A stretch of DNA of 60,365 nt from a virus (Duplodnaviria; Caudoviricetes), in the IMG/VR virus record IMGVR_UViG_3300009786_000013, positions 1-60,365 of that record; one strand, given 5' to 3'. Positions 1 through 9,381 of this stretch are shown piece after piece; position 1 is the first letter of the stretch, and every line of letters begins with the position of its first letter. The notes beneath the pieces were generated by a model that did not search any database, was not told where the DNA came from, and saw nothing but the letters and a program-made list of their open reading frames with translations. Both the position numbers and the translations under genes were made by a program.

Positions 1-1
1 A

Positions 2-976
2 CTCGGCCTGGACGACCACCTCATGTCCGTCGCCAACGCCCACGAAACCAACTGTTACCTTCTCCAGCAGCGCGTCCGCGACCCCAAGGGTCAACCGGGC
101 CTGGAGCGGGAGCCAGTCAACTTCGACCTCGTCGGGGAACTCGGCAAGACCGCATCCAGCAAGACCTCGAGCCCGAATGAGGAAAAGGACATCGTCCACC
201 TGCTTCTTACGGTGGGTAAGGCTGTCCACTACGACGACATTGAGAATCGGTTTTACCCCTCTGGTACGACCTCCAGATCACTTGAGGCTCTCGAGGGTGA
301 AGGCACCATCTACTGGAACCCAAGCTCGGAGATGATCTACCTGCGGAATCCAGGCAAGGCCAAGAAGGAGTATGGGCACAAGAGGGTCCGACTCGCCTTC
401 AACAAGTACAACGCCCCCGAGCTCATCGGCCAGCTCCTGACCGTCCTCAAGAAGGAGGGACTCAAGGATGCGGAGAACCAGATCAGGATGAAGAAGATCC
501 CGCAGCTCATCGAGAAGGCGTGGTCCGAGAGGGACGCCGCAGAACGCCTGGCTGCCACCTGGTTCGGTCGTACATCCACCGATTCCGGAGCTGGTTCGGC
601 CGAGGGGCACTTCTTCGACAACCCCGAGCGCCGCGAGGTCCGGGAGTTCCACGACACGGGGGCCGTGAGCAACGATCCCGCAGCAGCCGCACAGTCCGTG
701 GAGAACATGGAGGAGTACACGGAGGAGGCCAAGGCCCCCTCGGGCGACGTCACCTCCCCCGCCGATGCGGCGCAGGCCGCCAAGGCCGCACCGCCCACAC
801 CTGCAGAGATCAGGGAACTCCCCGGCGACGCCGCCGTGAGCACCCTCAATCGTTACATCATAAAGACCGAGGAGCCCGTCACGGGCGTCCCCGAATCCAG
901 GGACGATCTCCCGAAGCACCCCGAGGAGGGTGCCAAGGTGGGCCGGGCTTGGCGGGTCATGAAGGAGGAGAACTGA
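2..976 (+). CDS. 5'-truncated hypothetical head-associated protein; N-terminal fragment resembles the last helix of a ferritin-like/Dps domain
   Basis: Frame is open to the window edge (LGLDDHLMSVANAHETNCYLLQQR); contains LGKTAS and an acidic Pro/Ala-rich C-terminus. Confidence 0.55.
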   Translation, partial: LGLDDHLMSVANAHETNCYLLQQRVRDPKGQPGLEREPVNFDLVGELGKTASSKTSSPNEEKDIVHLLLTVGKAVHYDDIENRFYPSGTTSRSLEALEGEGTIYWNPSSEMIYLRNPGKAKKEYGHKRVRLAFNKYNAPELIGQLLTVLKKEGLKDAENQIRMKKIPQLIEKAWSERDAAERLAATWFGRTSTDSGAGSAEGHFFDNPERREVREFHDTGAVSNDPAAAAQSVENMEEYTEEAKAPSGDVTSPADAAQAAKAAPPTPAEIRELPGDAAVSTLNRYIIKTEEPVTGVPESRDDLPKHPEEGAKVGRAWRVMKEEN

Positions 977-977
977 C

Positions 978-1514
978 ATGGCAAAGGGAACACAACCACC
1001 ATTCACCATACTTGTGGCGAACCTGAACTCTCCCTCCGACCCGAGTGCGGGCGTAGCTGCGGGGAAGGCGCGCATAGCATTCACGACGCAACTCGTCAGA
1101 AACGCTGACGGAAACTGTCGCACTGGGACACTTTCCGGCGCCGTATCCGGCTGCACGGCCTCCATCACCGTCACCACCGGGGGTGCGGATCCCGTGGCTC
1201 CGACAGCGCAGCTTGAGGATGTCATCCACATCGGTGGTGTTGAGATCATCGAGGACAGAGACTTCACTGTGACTGCCACGAACGCAGACGCCACCGCTAC
1301 GGCCCTCGCCACCGCCATCAACAACCTGGACGACTTCTCAGCCGAGGTGAACGGCGTCACGACCAACCAGGTGGACATCACAGGACCCATCGGCCCAGTG
1401 AAGATCCCCATCAAGATCGTGACCCGCTCCGGCAACTATTCGCTCTCCGGCAACGACGGCGACAATATGACCCAAGGCGGCCCTTCCATCGGCGCCCCCA
1501 CCATCACTTCATAG
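978..1514 (+). CDS. Putative virion structural protein
   Basis: SD GGAGG upstream; Thr/Ala/Gly-rich, beta-type composition (ATATALATAINN). Confidence 0.55.
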   Translation: MAKGTQPPFTILVANLNSPSDPSAGVAAGKARIAFTTQLVRNADGNCRTGTLSGAVSGCTASITVTTGGADPVAPTAQLEDVIHIGGVEIIEDRDFTVTATNADATATALATAINNLDDFSAEVNGVTTNQVDITGPIGPVKIPIKIVTRSGNYSLSGNDGDNMTQGGPSIGAPTITS

Positions 1515-1524
1515 CCCCCCTGGG

Positions 1525-1557
1525 CGGTGACTCTCCTATTCTCGGTACGGTGGTAGG
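1525..1557 (+). promoter_or_regulatory. Putative late promoter motif CGGT-N7-CTAT-N13-GTAGG
   Basis: One of about 13 similar intergenic copies upstream of structural genes. Confidence 0.6.
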
Positions 1558-1589
1558 GCGTTCAACGTACTGTCCATAGGAGGAATGAC

Positions 1590-2270
1590 ATGCCCAGATC
1601 AAAGGGTCAGACAAAGGCCGCAAAGGTCGCAATACTCGCAAAGGCTCCCGCCGATGCGACCCGGGTAAGGGTGCTCGACGAGTTCGGCAAGGAGAAGTAC
1701 AGGGGCCTGGATGCCGTCCTGGACACTGACACCATCGACGTCAAGAAGGACGGATCCCCCGTGGTCATGAAGGGGAAGCCGGGCCGCAAGGGAAACCCCC
1801 GCAACGCCCCCGTGGCGAACCAGGCAGTTGCAGATGCCATCCGGCGCAAGGACGACATCCTCGACGAGGATCAAGTCCTGAATGCCGCCAAGCAGGCACC
1901 TGAGTCCTCGGAGGTTCTGCATCAGGTCATGATCCAACTCGCGGAGGAGGCGGCCAGTCTGAAGTTCGAGAGGACGGAGGCCGAGCGCAAGGGTGACGGC
2001 ACCAGCAACATCTCGCAGCGGCGAGCTCGCATCCTCCAGGCCGTCGGCGACACCTGGCTGAAGAGGAAGGCACAACTCACGACGCAGGGGTTGAACCTCG
2101 ATGGTCCCGAGTTCCAGGCTGTCTTCAGTCTCATCTCCGAGACCTTCAAGGATGCCATGCTCGAGGCGGGCGCTCGACCCGAGATGGTGGAAACCGTTTT
2201 CGCCAAGTTCGCAGGAAAACTTACTGATGAGTGGCAGGTGGAGGCCAAGCACCGCATGAAGGATTCATAG
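1590..2270 (+). CDS. Putative terminase small subunit
   Basis: Directly upstream of the large terminase; SD AGGAGG; helical, with a basic KGKPGRK segment; call is by position. Confidence 0.5.
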   Translation: MPRSKGQTKAAKVAILAKAPADATRVRVLDEFGKEKYRGLDAVLDTDTIDVKKDGSPVVMKGKPGRKGNPRNAPVANQAVADAIRRKDDILDEDQVLNAAKQAPESSEVLHQVMIQLAEEAASLKFERTEAERKGDGTSNISQRRARILQAVGDTWLKRKAQLTTQGLNLDGPEFQAVFSLISETFKDAMLEAGARPEMVETVFAKFAGKLTDEWQVEAKHRMKDS

Positions 2271-2271
2271 G

Positions 2272-4095
2272 ATGGGATTGTCAGATGTGGCCCTCTCTGT
2301 GGGCAAAGTGGATTCGGGGAATGTGGAGGTGGCTGACATCATCACCTTCATTGAAGCTCCCTGGGGGCTCGGGATGAGGTTGTTCCCCGTCCAGAAGATC
2401 ATTCTCAAGGCCCACTACGGGATCCCCCTCGACGACAAGGCGACCTTCAAGCTCTCCGACTGGCAGAAGAAGGATTTTCGGGATGTCACCGAGGTCGAGT
2501 ACCTCCAGATGCTCCACAAGGAGGGCCGCTCCAACATCTCCGAGGTGGTTGAGGGGGACGAGCGGCGAGAGCTCATCCTCTCCATCGGTCGGCGGTCGGG
2601 CAAGACCACTCTGGCAGCCTGTGTGTCCGCCTATGAAACATATAAGCTCATGAAGAAGGGCGACCCGCAGGACTACTACGGCCTACCGAGCTCGAACAAC
2701 ATCCAGATCATCTCCGTCGCTACGGACAAGGATCAGGCGGGCCTACTCTACCAAGAGGTGTCGGGCCACTACCGCAACTGTGCCTTCTTCCACCCCTACA
2801 TGGCTAACAACACCATGTCGTATGCGCGGTTCCAGACCCCTCAGGACATTGAGCGGTACGGCAAGTACGAGGACGACCCCAACGCCAAGGCCACCGTCAA
2901 GATCACTTTCCGGAGCTGCGTGGCGAAGGGTCTTCGTGGTGCTGGTAACCTCGTGGTCATCTTGGATGAGGTCGCCCACTTCACCGACTCCGGCCAGAGC
3001 TCTGCGGCGGCGGTCTACAATGCGGTCACGCCCTCGACCTCGGCCTTTTCACCCAAGGATCCAACCGACTCGAGGATCCCCATCGGTCCAGTCGAGGGAC
3101 GCATCATCTCCATCAGCTCCCCTCTCGGCCGACAGGGCCAGTTCTACAAGCTGTTCCAGATCGCCATGCGCGGCGGGGCAGCCTCCAAGAACATGCTCGC
3201 CATCCAGGCTCCGACCTGGGAGGTGAACCCCACCGTTCCAGCAGGTGAGTTTCAGAAGCACTACGTGAAAGATGCCGCTGTGTTCTGGACCGAGTACGGC
3301 GGTGTGTTCACCGACCGCACGAAGGGGTGGATCGACAAGGAGGCCGATCTTATGGCCTGCATCGACCCCGCAGCTCGCCCCGCTCTCAGCGGCAAGGTCA
3401 GGCAGCCGCACTTCCTCGGGCTCGACCTCGGCCTTGTGGGCGATGGATCCGCCATCGCCATCGGGCACATCAACGAGGATCAGAGGATCATCGTCGATTA
3501 TGTGGACAAGATTCAGGCGGGGTACGGGGAGCACATCGGTAAGGACCGCCTTGAGTTCGAGGATGTGGCCGACTGGGTGTTGGCCCTCAGCAAGAGGTTC
3601 TATCTGGTTGAGGGGATGTTCGACCAGTGGGCGGGTATCCCGCTCGAGCAGGCACTTGTGAAGAGGGGTCTACGGCAGATGCGGGCTGAGTCAATGACGA
3701 AGCCGAAGGTGTCCGAGATGTTCCGCAACTTCAAGGACATGATGTTCGACCAGAGGGTCATCCTCTATGACCATCCGATCCCCGAGGGGAAGGATCACTG
3801 TCCCTACATTACGGAGATTCTGGAGCTTCAGGCCGAGTATCACTCTAAGTATGTCACCACGGTCGAGGCACCGAACATTGAGGGCAAGCACGACGATATG
3901 TCGGATGCTCTGATCCGTATGGTCTGGCTCGCCAGCAACGCTCTCGGCAAGCCCCGGTATATCGCCACCCTGAAGGTCCAGCGCGGCGGAGAGTCCCAGA
4001 CCTCCAGGCGTAGGAGGGCCCGCGTCAAGGCGCTGGCTGGCGGCACATCTCCTGACAGACAGGCGCCGCCGGGTTCAAAGGGGAGGAAGTGGTGA
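2272..4095 (+). CDS. terL: Terminase large subunit
   Basis: Adenine-binding LFPVQ, Walker A GRRSGKT, Walker B VILDE, coupling motif ISSP, RNase H-like LGLDLG...HDDMSDA. Confidence 0.95.
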   Translation: MGLSDVALSVGKVDSGNVEVADIITFIEAPWGLGMRLFPVQKIILKAHYGIPLDDKATFKLSDWQKKDFRDVTEVEYLQMLHKEGRSNISEVVEGDERRELILSIGRRSGKTTLAACVSAYETYKLMKKGDPQDYYGLPSSNNIQIISVATDKDQAGLLYQEVSGHYRNCAFFHPYMANNTMSYARFQTPQDIERYGKYEDDPNAKATVKITFRSCVAKGLRGAGNLVVILDEVAHFTDSGQSSAAAVYNAVTPSTSAFSPKDPTDSRIPIGPVEGRIISISSPLGRQGQFYKLFQIAMRGGAASKNMLAIQAPTWEVNPTVPAGEFQKHYVKDAAVFWTEYGGVFTDRTKGWIDKEADLMACIDPAARPALSGKVRQPHFLGLDLGLVGDGSAIAIGHINEDQRIIVDYVDKIQAGYGEHIGKDRLEFEDVADWVLALSKRFYLVEGMFDQWAGIPLEQALVKRGLRQMRAESMTKPKVSEMFRNFKDMMFDQRVILYDHPIPEGKDHCPYITEILELQAEYHSKYVTTVEAPNIEGKHDDMSDALIRMVWLASNALGKPRYIATLKVQRGGESQTSRRRRARVKALAGGTSPDRQAPPGSKGRKW

Positions 4096-4343
4096 GCGAC
4101 TGGCAACCAAGCGCAACTGCCCATCGGATCATCATGAGGATCTTGGAGTCCTCGTTTGCCGACGAGGTGGTGCATATCCAGAAGGAGTATGACCATGTGG
4201 TCGGGGCCTTCGAGGCTGGGGGTGGTTCTTGGTATCGCTTCCATAGGGGATCCATAGAGGACATCCAGCTCTTGAAGAGGCTTGTGAAAGCAGCCGTGAA
4301 GAAGGGGCACATTTCAAGGCGGGGATTCCCGAATAGGAGATAG
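4092..4343 (+). CDS. Hypothetical protein
   Basis: GTGA overlap with the terL stop; fills the gap to the next gene. Confidence 0.6.
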   Translation: MSDWQPSATAHRIIMRILESSFADEVVHIQKEYDHVVGAFEAGGGSWYRFHRGSIEDIQLLKRLVKAAVKKGHISRRGFPNRR

Positions 4344-4345
4344 AA

Positions 4346-4918
4346 ATGAGTGTGCAACTAAATATCACACAGCACGATGTGGACATGATGCTCATGGGGG
4401 ACACTCTGCCTGTCGAGGCAGGCCCCGTGCTTCGATCCAACGGATGGCGCGGGGGGACCTTTGTGGCTTACGCCACCGGCGACGGGCGCGATTTCACCGT
4501 GGAGATCTCGGACGGAGTCCTCGCCGTAGGGTTCCTCCTGTTCCCGAGTGAGGGCTACCCGCCGACCAGGGGCGGTGACCCGCATCAGAACTTCACCGCA
4601 TACCAACTCGCCACGGCCGGCGTCACCGCCGCAGCCTCCGGGGCATCCGTCCTCACGATGATCGCGGGCGGCGGGCGCTATCTCTTCAACCAGTTCGAGA
4701 CCACGGCGCTTGTCGGTGCCGGGACGAGGACGGGGGCCGCCATCACCTATGCACTCAACGACGATTTGAAGGTTTCCGAGAACGGCCTTTTGTGCAACGA
4801 CTCCGATGCAAACCTCCTGGCAGCTACGGGAGGGGCCTCAACTGTGTTCGTGGGGTATTGTTGTGTACCGCCCACCGCTGAAAGCGGTAGCAAGATCGGG
4901 GTGGATTTGAAGTTCTAA
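4346..4918 (+). CDS. Head decoration/cement protein paralogue
   Basis: Shares FET...TYA..D.L..S.NG.L.N pattern with 13271..13888. Confidence 0.6.
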   Translation: MSVQLNITQHDVDMMLMGDTLPVEAGPVLRSNGWRGGTFVAYATGDGRDFTVEISDGVLAVGFLLFPSEGYPPTRGGDPHQNFTAYQLATAGVTAAASGASVLTMIAGGGRYLFNQFETTALVGAGTRTGAAITYALNDDLKVSENGLLCNDSDANLLAATGGASTVFVGYCCVPPTAESGSKIGVDLKF

Positions 4919-4925
4919 GGGGACA

Positions 4926-5231
4926 ATGATGGCCAAAAGGATCAGAGCAAATGCATCCCCCCACCCCGTTGACCGGGATGGGATGCGGAGGGTGGCAAGG
5001 GCTGAGGCCGAGTTGACCGCCGCTCTGAAGGTCTACTCCAAGTTTTCCTCTGGTGCAGGCCGCTCCCCCGCTCGTCGGAGAGCGGACGAGGCCGTGGGGG
5101 CCATCCGGGAAGCTCTGAAGAGGCTTGGGACTGTCAGGGGGGTTCACCCAGGGTATGACATGACTGATCCCGATCTTGCACCTGAGGGTACAAAGGTGGT
5201 CCGTAGGACCGAGCGGAGGGTTGCAGAATGA
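4926..5231 (+). CDS. Small basic protein with RRVARA motif
   Basis: ATGA overlap with portal start; RRVARA and C-terminal RRVAE. Confidence 0.6.
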   Translation: MMAKRIRANASPHPVDRDGMRRVARAEAELTAALKVYSKFSSGAGRSPARRRADEAVGAIREALKRLGTVRGVHPGYDMTDPDLAPEGTKVVRRTERRVAE

Positions 5232-6934
5232 GCAAGAAGAAGATGATGCAGGAGCAGATCGAGGGGGCCGAGGAGGTCGCCAAGGTTCCCGGGCGTGAGA
5301 AGGTCTCCACGGGGAAACCCAAGAAGGTCGTCACCACGAACCTCCGGGCGAAGACCGCCTCGTTCCCCAACGGGGGCGGGACCATGGGGGGGTCCGGAGG
5401 GAACTTCTACAGCCCCGAGCTGTCAACGGACTTCCTCGAGCTTCCACAGTCTCTCGACGAGCAGCGCAACTACTATCGGTTTTTCTACCGTTCTGACCCC
5501 TTCGTAGGGCAGGCCATCGACCTCCACACCGAGCTCCCTCTCTCGAAGGTCCGCCTGAACATTCCGAAAGCCCAGGATCGGGATCTTGCCAGGAGGTCCC
5601 TTGAGTTCTGTGAGAAGTGGGCCCGGGATGTGGGCCTCCTGCACAGGCTTATTGAGATCGTCCACGACTACTACCTTCTTGGGGAGGTGTTCATCTTCGT
5701 GGAGGACGGCAGCCCCGACATGCCCGAGGACATCCGGCAGGAACTCGTTCGGGTGGTGAACGAGGAGACTGGCGATGCCGTCGAGGAGTGGCGGGATCGT
5801 GACGATGCTGATGCCAGAGCTGTTGACTGGCTCAAGAAGAACTACAAGGGATGGTCCGCCATCCGGGTCCTCCCACCGGAGCAGATCCACATGGAGGCGT
5901 TCCCTTTCACGGACGAGCGCATCATCGAGCTCATCCCTGACTCGAAGACCAAGGATCTGATCAACCAGGCCGATGCTGGGGATGCACAGGCATTTAGGGT
6001 TGTCGATTCTATGCCTGCGGATGTGGTCAGTTCCATCCGCATGGGGGAGAACATCTCCCTGAACACGGATCCAGAGGCAGGGTCGTTCGTCTACTACATG
6101 TCCCGCAAGAAGTCGCAGTACGAGGCCCGCGGACACAGCATCCTCGAGCGGTGCATCCGGACCCTTGTCTACCGTGACAAGCTCCGCCAGGCCCAGACCT
6201 CTATCGCCTCGAGGCACATGACTCCGATCCGGGTCGTCTACGGCGAGGATATGGACATGGGCGATGTTGAGGAGCTCAGGGACCAAGTGGACCTGGCCCT
6301 CCAGGACCCCGACTATTCCATCATCGCCAACTTCCAGATCAACTGGGAGGAGATGGGGGCCGACTCGAGGCTTCTCGACCTCTCCGGCGAGTATGATCTC
6401 ACCGACCGGCAGATCTATGCCGGTCTCGGGGTCACCGAGAGTCTACTGTCCGGAGAGTCCTCCTACTCTGGGGACCGCATCAACCTCGAAGTCATCAATA
6501 CGCGGTACATGCTCCTGCGGGAGATCCTCCAGGACATGGTTGAGGAGTACATCCTCAAGCCCATGTGTGCGCGCATGGGCTTCGTGGAGAAGACGGAGTC
6601 TGGGGACGAGGTTGTGTTCCCGAGGCTGTCCTTCACCCGGCTGTCCCTCCGCGACAATGCTGATACCTTCGACGCCCTGTTCAACCTCTATCAGAAGGGG
6701 TCTTTGGACATCGACATCATCCTGGAGCTCCTGAACATCGACCCCGAATCCACAAAGGAGAAGCTCGAGAGGGATCTGTTCGGACTCAACGACGCGACCT
6801 TCAACGAGGTTCTGCGCGGGGTTTACGGGGAGGTCGGCCGTGACTTGGCTGAGAACTCCGATGTCAGCGAGATCATCGCAGAGAAGCTCGGCCTCAAGTA
6901 TGCGAAACCCTCTGAAGAGGGTGGGCGGTTCTGA
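5228..6934 (+). CDS. Portal protein
   Basis: 568 aa after the terminase; DPFVGQAIDLH and RGHSILERC...KLRQAQ...TPIRVV segments typical of large-phage portals. Confidence 0.85.
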   Translation: MSKKKMMQEQIEGAEEVAKVPGREKVSTGKPKKVVTTNLRAKTASFPNGGGTMGGSGGNFYSPELSTDFLELPQSLDEQRNYYRFFYRSDPFVGQAIDLHTELPLSKVRLNIPKAQDRDLARRSLEFCEKWARDVGLLHRLIEIVHDYYLLGEVFIFVEDGSPDMPEDIRQELVRVVNEETGDAVEEWRDRDDADARAVDWLKKNYKGWSAIRVLPPEQIHMEAFPFTDERIIELIPDSKTKDLINQADAGDAQAFRVVDSMPADVVSSIRMGENISLNTDPEAGSFVYYMSRKKSQYEARGHSILERCIRTLVYRDKLRQAQTSIASRHMTPIRVVYGEDMDMGDVEELRDQVDLALQDPDYSIIANFQINWEEMGADSRLLDLSGEYDLTDRQIYAGLGVTESLLSGESSYSGDRINLEVINTRYMLLREILQDMVEEYILKPMCARMGFVEKTESGDEVVFPRLSFTRLSLRDNADTFDALFNLYQKGSLDIDIILELLNIDPESTKEKLERDLFGLNDATFNEVLRGVYGEVGRDLAENSDVSEIIAEKLGLKYAKPSEEGGRF

Positions 6935-6958
6935 GCCTATCCCCCGATACGGGGTAGG
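6926..6958 (+). promoter_or_regulatory. Putative late promoter motif CGGT-N7-CTAT-N13-GTAGG
   Basis: Same consensus and spacing as the 1525 copy. Confidence 0.6.
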
Positions 6959-6978
6959 ACCCCGTTGAAGGAGGCATT

Positions 6979-9231
6979 GTGCCGGAGGCAGGCAAAATCA
7001 GAAGGATGGCGGAGGACGAGATCCCCATGCTCCCCATCATGGAGCCTGGGTACAACCTCCGAGAGATGGCGAAGCAACTCGCCCTTCTTGAGGACCACCT
7101 GTTCCAGGAGGCCAAGCGATGCCCCGACTGCATCCGCAAGCACTTCCTCACCGTGGAGGCCCTGCTCGAGGAGGCCGTGACCCTCGACGAGTCCGGCGAC
7201 CTTGCAGAGCAAATCCCCGAGGTCGTGGACTGGATCCGCGAGCTCCAGGGTGAGTGGATCGATGGAACCAACCCCGCAGAGATAGCACAGGCCCTCCGAG
7301 GACTCCGCAAGCAGGTGTCGGAGGACGTGTTCGACGTCCGCGAGCTCCAGGCATCCTGTGTAGCAACCAGATACGCCGCCCTCACCTTCACCGTCCACGG
7401 GTACGAGTATCCGGATGATGGCCCCCACGCGAAACTCATGTCTCAGTACATGGCCCCGCCCGACGACAAGTACAGCGAGGCAAAGTGGAACCTGTACCGG
7501 GACTGGGCGAAGAAGCGGCGTGTGAGCAAGGACGACATGGAGGCCGTCCTGGAGGCGTTCGACAACGGCATGGCCAACTACGTCCTCCGAGGCCCCGCCC
7601 GCAAACCGAAGGATCTCGATGAGATCGCACGGCGCCTACAGATCAAGGTGGGGACCAAGTCGCCCGCCGAGCGTGAGGACGAAGAGGTCGAGAGACTGGT
7701 CCGCAGGAATCCGACGAAGAAGCCGCCACGCCACGACCTCCGCCGGGAGCGCATCCGGGTGGAGGACGACCCCGACATCGAAGATCTCGGCCAGGAGGGG
7801 GACAAGGACATCTCCCGCAACTTCAAGCGCGTGGGGTCCGAGCTCATCTCGAGTGTGATCCGGCTCCACCACCTCAAACTTGTCACGGCCGTGGTTCGGC
7901 GGCGAGTTGGGAGTCATTCACCGGGTGACACTTGGAAGTCAGATAGCGGTGCCTGGTACGGGATGAGTCCCGCCGGGACCACGCAGGGGTTCGAGGACGA
8001 TCAGGAAGCTGCCAAGGCCTTCGCCTCCGGCGGCGATGGGGAAGCACCCGAGGACGAGGCGCCCGAAGATACGGGTCCCTCTCGGGAGGATCTCGAGAAG
8101 GAGCTGGCCGAATCCGCCGGAAACGCGCACGACTCCATGGCGGACGCCGGCCTTCCGGACGCTTTTGACCAGGCCCTATCCGGCCTGGACGAGGCGGGGC
8201 AGGCCGAGATGGGCGCCGCGTATGCGGAGGCCCGGGCCGGATTGGTCGGTGGGGGACTATCTGCCGCCGAAGCGGAGAAGGCCCTGTCGGAACCCTACAC
8301 GGGTAGCGACCCCAAGAAGCTCGGGGCGGCATTGGCCGCTGCGGAGTACGCCAAGAAGGTCACCCTGAACCCGCTCATGTCGGGTGGCCCGATGTCGCCC
8401 CCGGGAAACATCTCCCCTCCCTCCCCAGAGCAAGTGGCCCGCCGGACCACCGAATCCTTCGAGAATGCGAAGGACATGTCTACCGACCAGAGGAAGGAGC
8501 AGGCGGACGGCCTGCTCGAGGAGATGAAGGGACTCGACGAGGGAACCGCCAGACATGCGGAGGCCAAGGCCGCCCTCCAGGGGCTCCAGCTCGCTGCAAT
8601 CGTGGACGGGGTGGACGAGGACGACTTCCCCGGCGGGAAGGAGGCGGCGCCTCCTAAGGCGTTCCAGTCGATGGTCAAGATGCTGGCCTCGCAGCCCGGC
8701 GGCCTCGCACTCCTCACGGCCCCCGCAGAAAAGATGTACGAACCGGACCACAGGGCCCTGCTCCAGCAGTCGATGAACGGTCTCTCCGATGAGGCTTTCA
8801 TGGAGGTCCTGGGCGGCTCCGACAGCGGACCTGGGTCCATAGCCAAGATGCTTGAGGACGCCGACGACCCTTCCATGAGGAGGCAACTCCGAGAGATGGC
8901 CATGGAGTGGCACATGGACGAGGCATCCATCCTGCCCGCCATCATCCAGGAGCAGAACCCGAATGCATCCCCACAGGAGATCACGGACCAACTCCGGGAG
9001 GCCGAGGACGACCAGGCCGACCTGGAGAGGCGCATCGGCGAGGGTTACGAAGACGACGGGGCCGATGAGGTTCTCCGGATCATAGAGGAGACAAGGCGGC
9101 AGCAAGTGGAGAACATTAGGGGGGAGGACGCCACCGGCCCTGCATCGGCCAATGCCGATGCATTTCTGGAAACTGGCGACCGCTCACAACTTCTCACAGG
9201 GACGGACCCCCCTCTCCCAAGCCCCCTGTGA
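6979..9231 (+). CDS. Large multidomain putative internal head protein
   Basis: 750 aa, acidic and helical; N-terminal LEDHL...RCPDCIRKH domain; VATRYA, KRVG, RRVG and PSPEQVARR motifs. Confidence 0.65.
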   Translation: MPEAGKIRRMAEDEIPMLPIMEPGYNLREMAKQLALLEDHLFQEAKRCPDCIRKHFLTVEALLEEAVTLDESGDLAEQIPEVVDWIRELQGEWIDGTNPAEIAQALRGLRKQVSEDVFDVRELQASCVATRYAALTFTVHGYEYPDDGPHAKLMSQYMAPPDDKYSEAKWNLYRDWAKKRRVSKDDMEAVLEAFDNGMANYVLRGPARKPKDLDEIARRLQIKVGTKSPAEREDEEVERLVRRNPTKKPPRHDLRRERIRVEDDPDIEDLGQEGDKDISRNFKRVGSELISSVIRLHHLKLVTAVVRRRVGSHSPGDTWKSDSGAWYGMSPAGTTQGFEDDQEAAKAFASGGDGEAPEDEAPEDTGPSREDLEKELAESAGNAHDSMADAGLPDAFDQALSGLDEAGQAEMGAAYAEARAGLVGGGLSAAEAEKALSEPYTGSDPKKLGAALAAAEYAKKVTLNPLMSGGPMSPPGNISPPSPEQVARRTTESFENAKDMSTDQRKEQADGLLEEMKGLDEGTARHAEAKAALQGLQLAAIVDGVDEDDFPGGKEAAPPKAFQSMVKMLASQPGGLALLTAPAEKMYEPDHRALLQQSMNGLSDEAFMEVLGGSDSGPGSIAKMLEDADDPSMRRQLREMAMEWHMDEASILPAIIQEQNPNASPQEITDQLREAEDDQADLERRIGEGYEDDGADEVLRIIEETRRQQVENIRGEDATGPASANADAFLETGDRSQLLTGTDPPLPSPL

Positions 9232-9251
9232 CCATCCAGGGTCCCTCCTTT

Positions 9252-9266
9252 CGATGGAGCATCTAT
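9252..9266 (+). promoter_or_regulatory. Putative late promoter motif CGAT-N7-CTAT
   Basis: Intergenic copy upstream of 9382. Confidence 0.5.
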
Positions 9267-9381
9267 ATGGATTGACAATAATACGAGGGACGTTCGGTAG
9301 GGTATCGTTCGACCCGACCCGGGCACAAAATCATGGCTCCCCCGAGGGGCCTTCAATAGGACAAACGGAGGAACCCCCAAA

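Noticed and set aside
2272-6934. Intein or intron in terminase or portal
   Set aside because: Normal lengths, contiguous motifs, no intein or homing-endonuclease signatures seen
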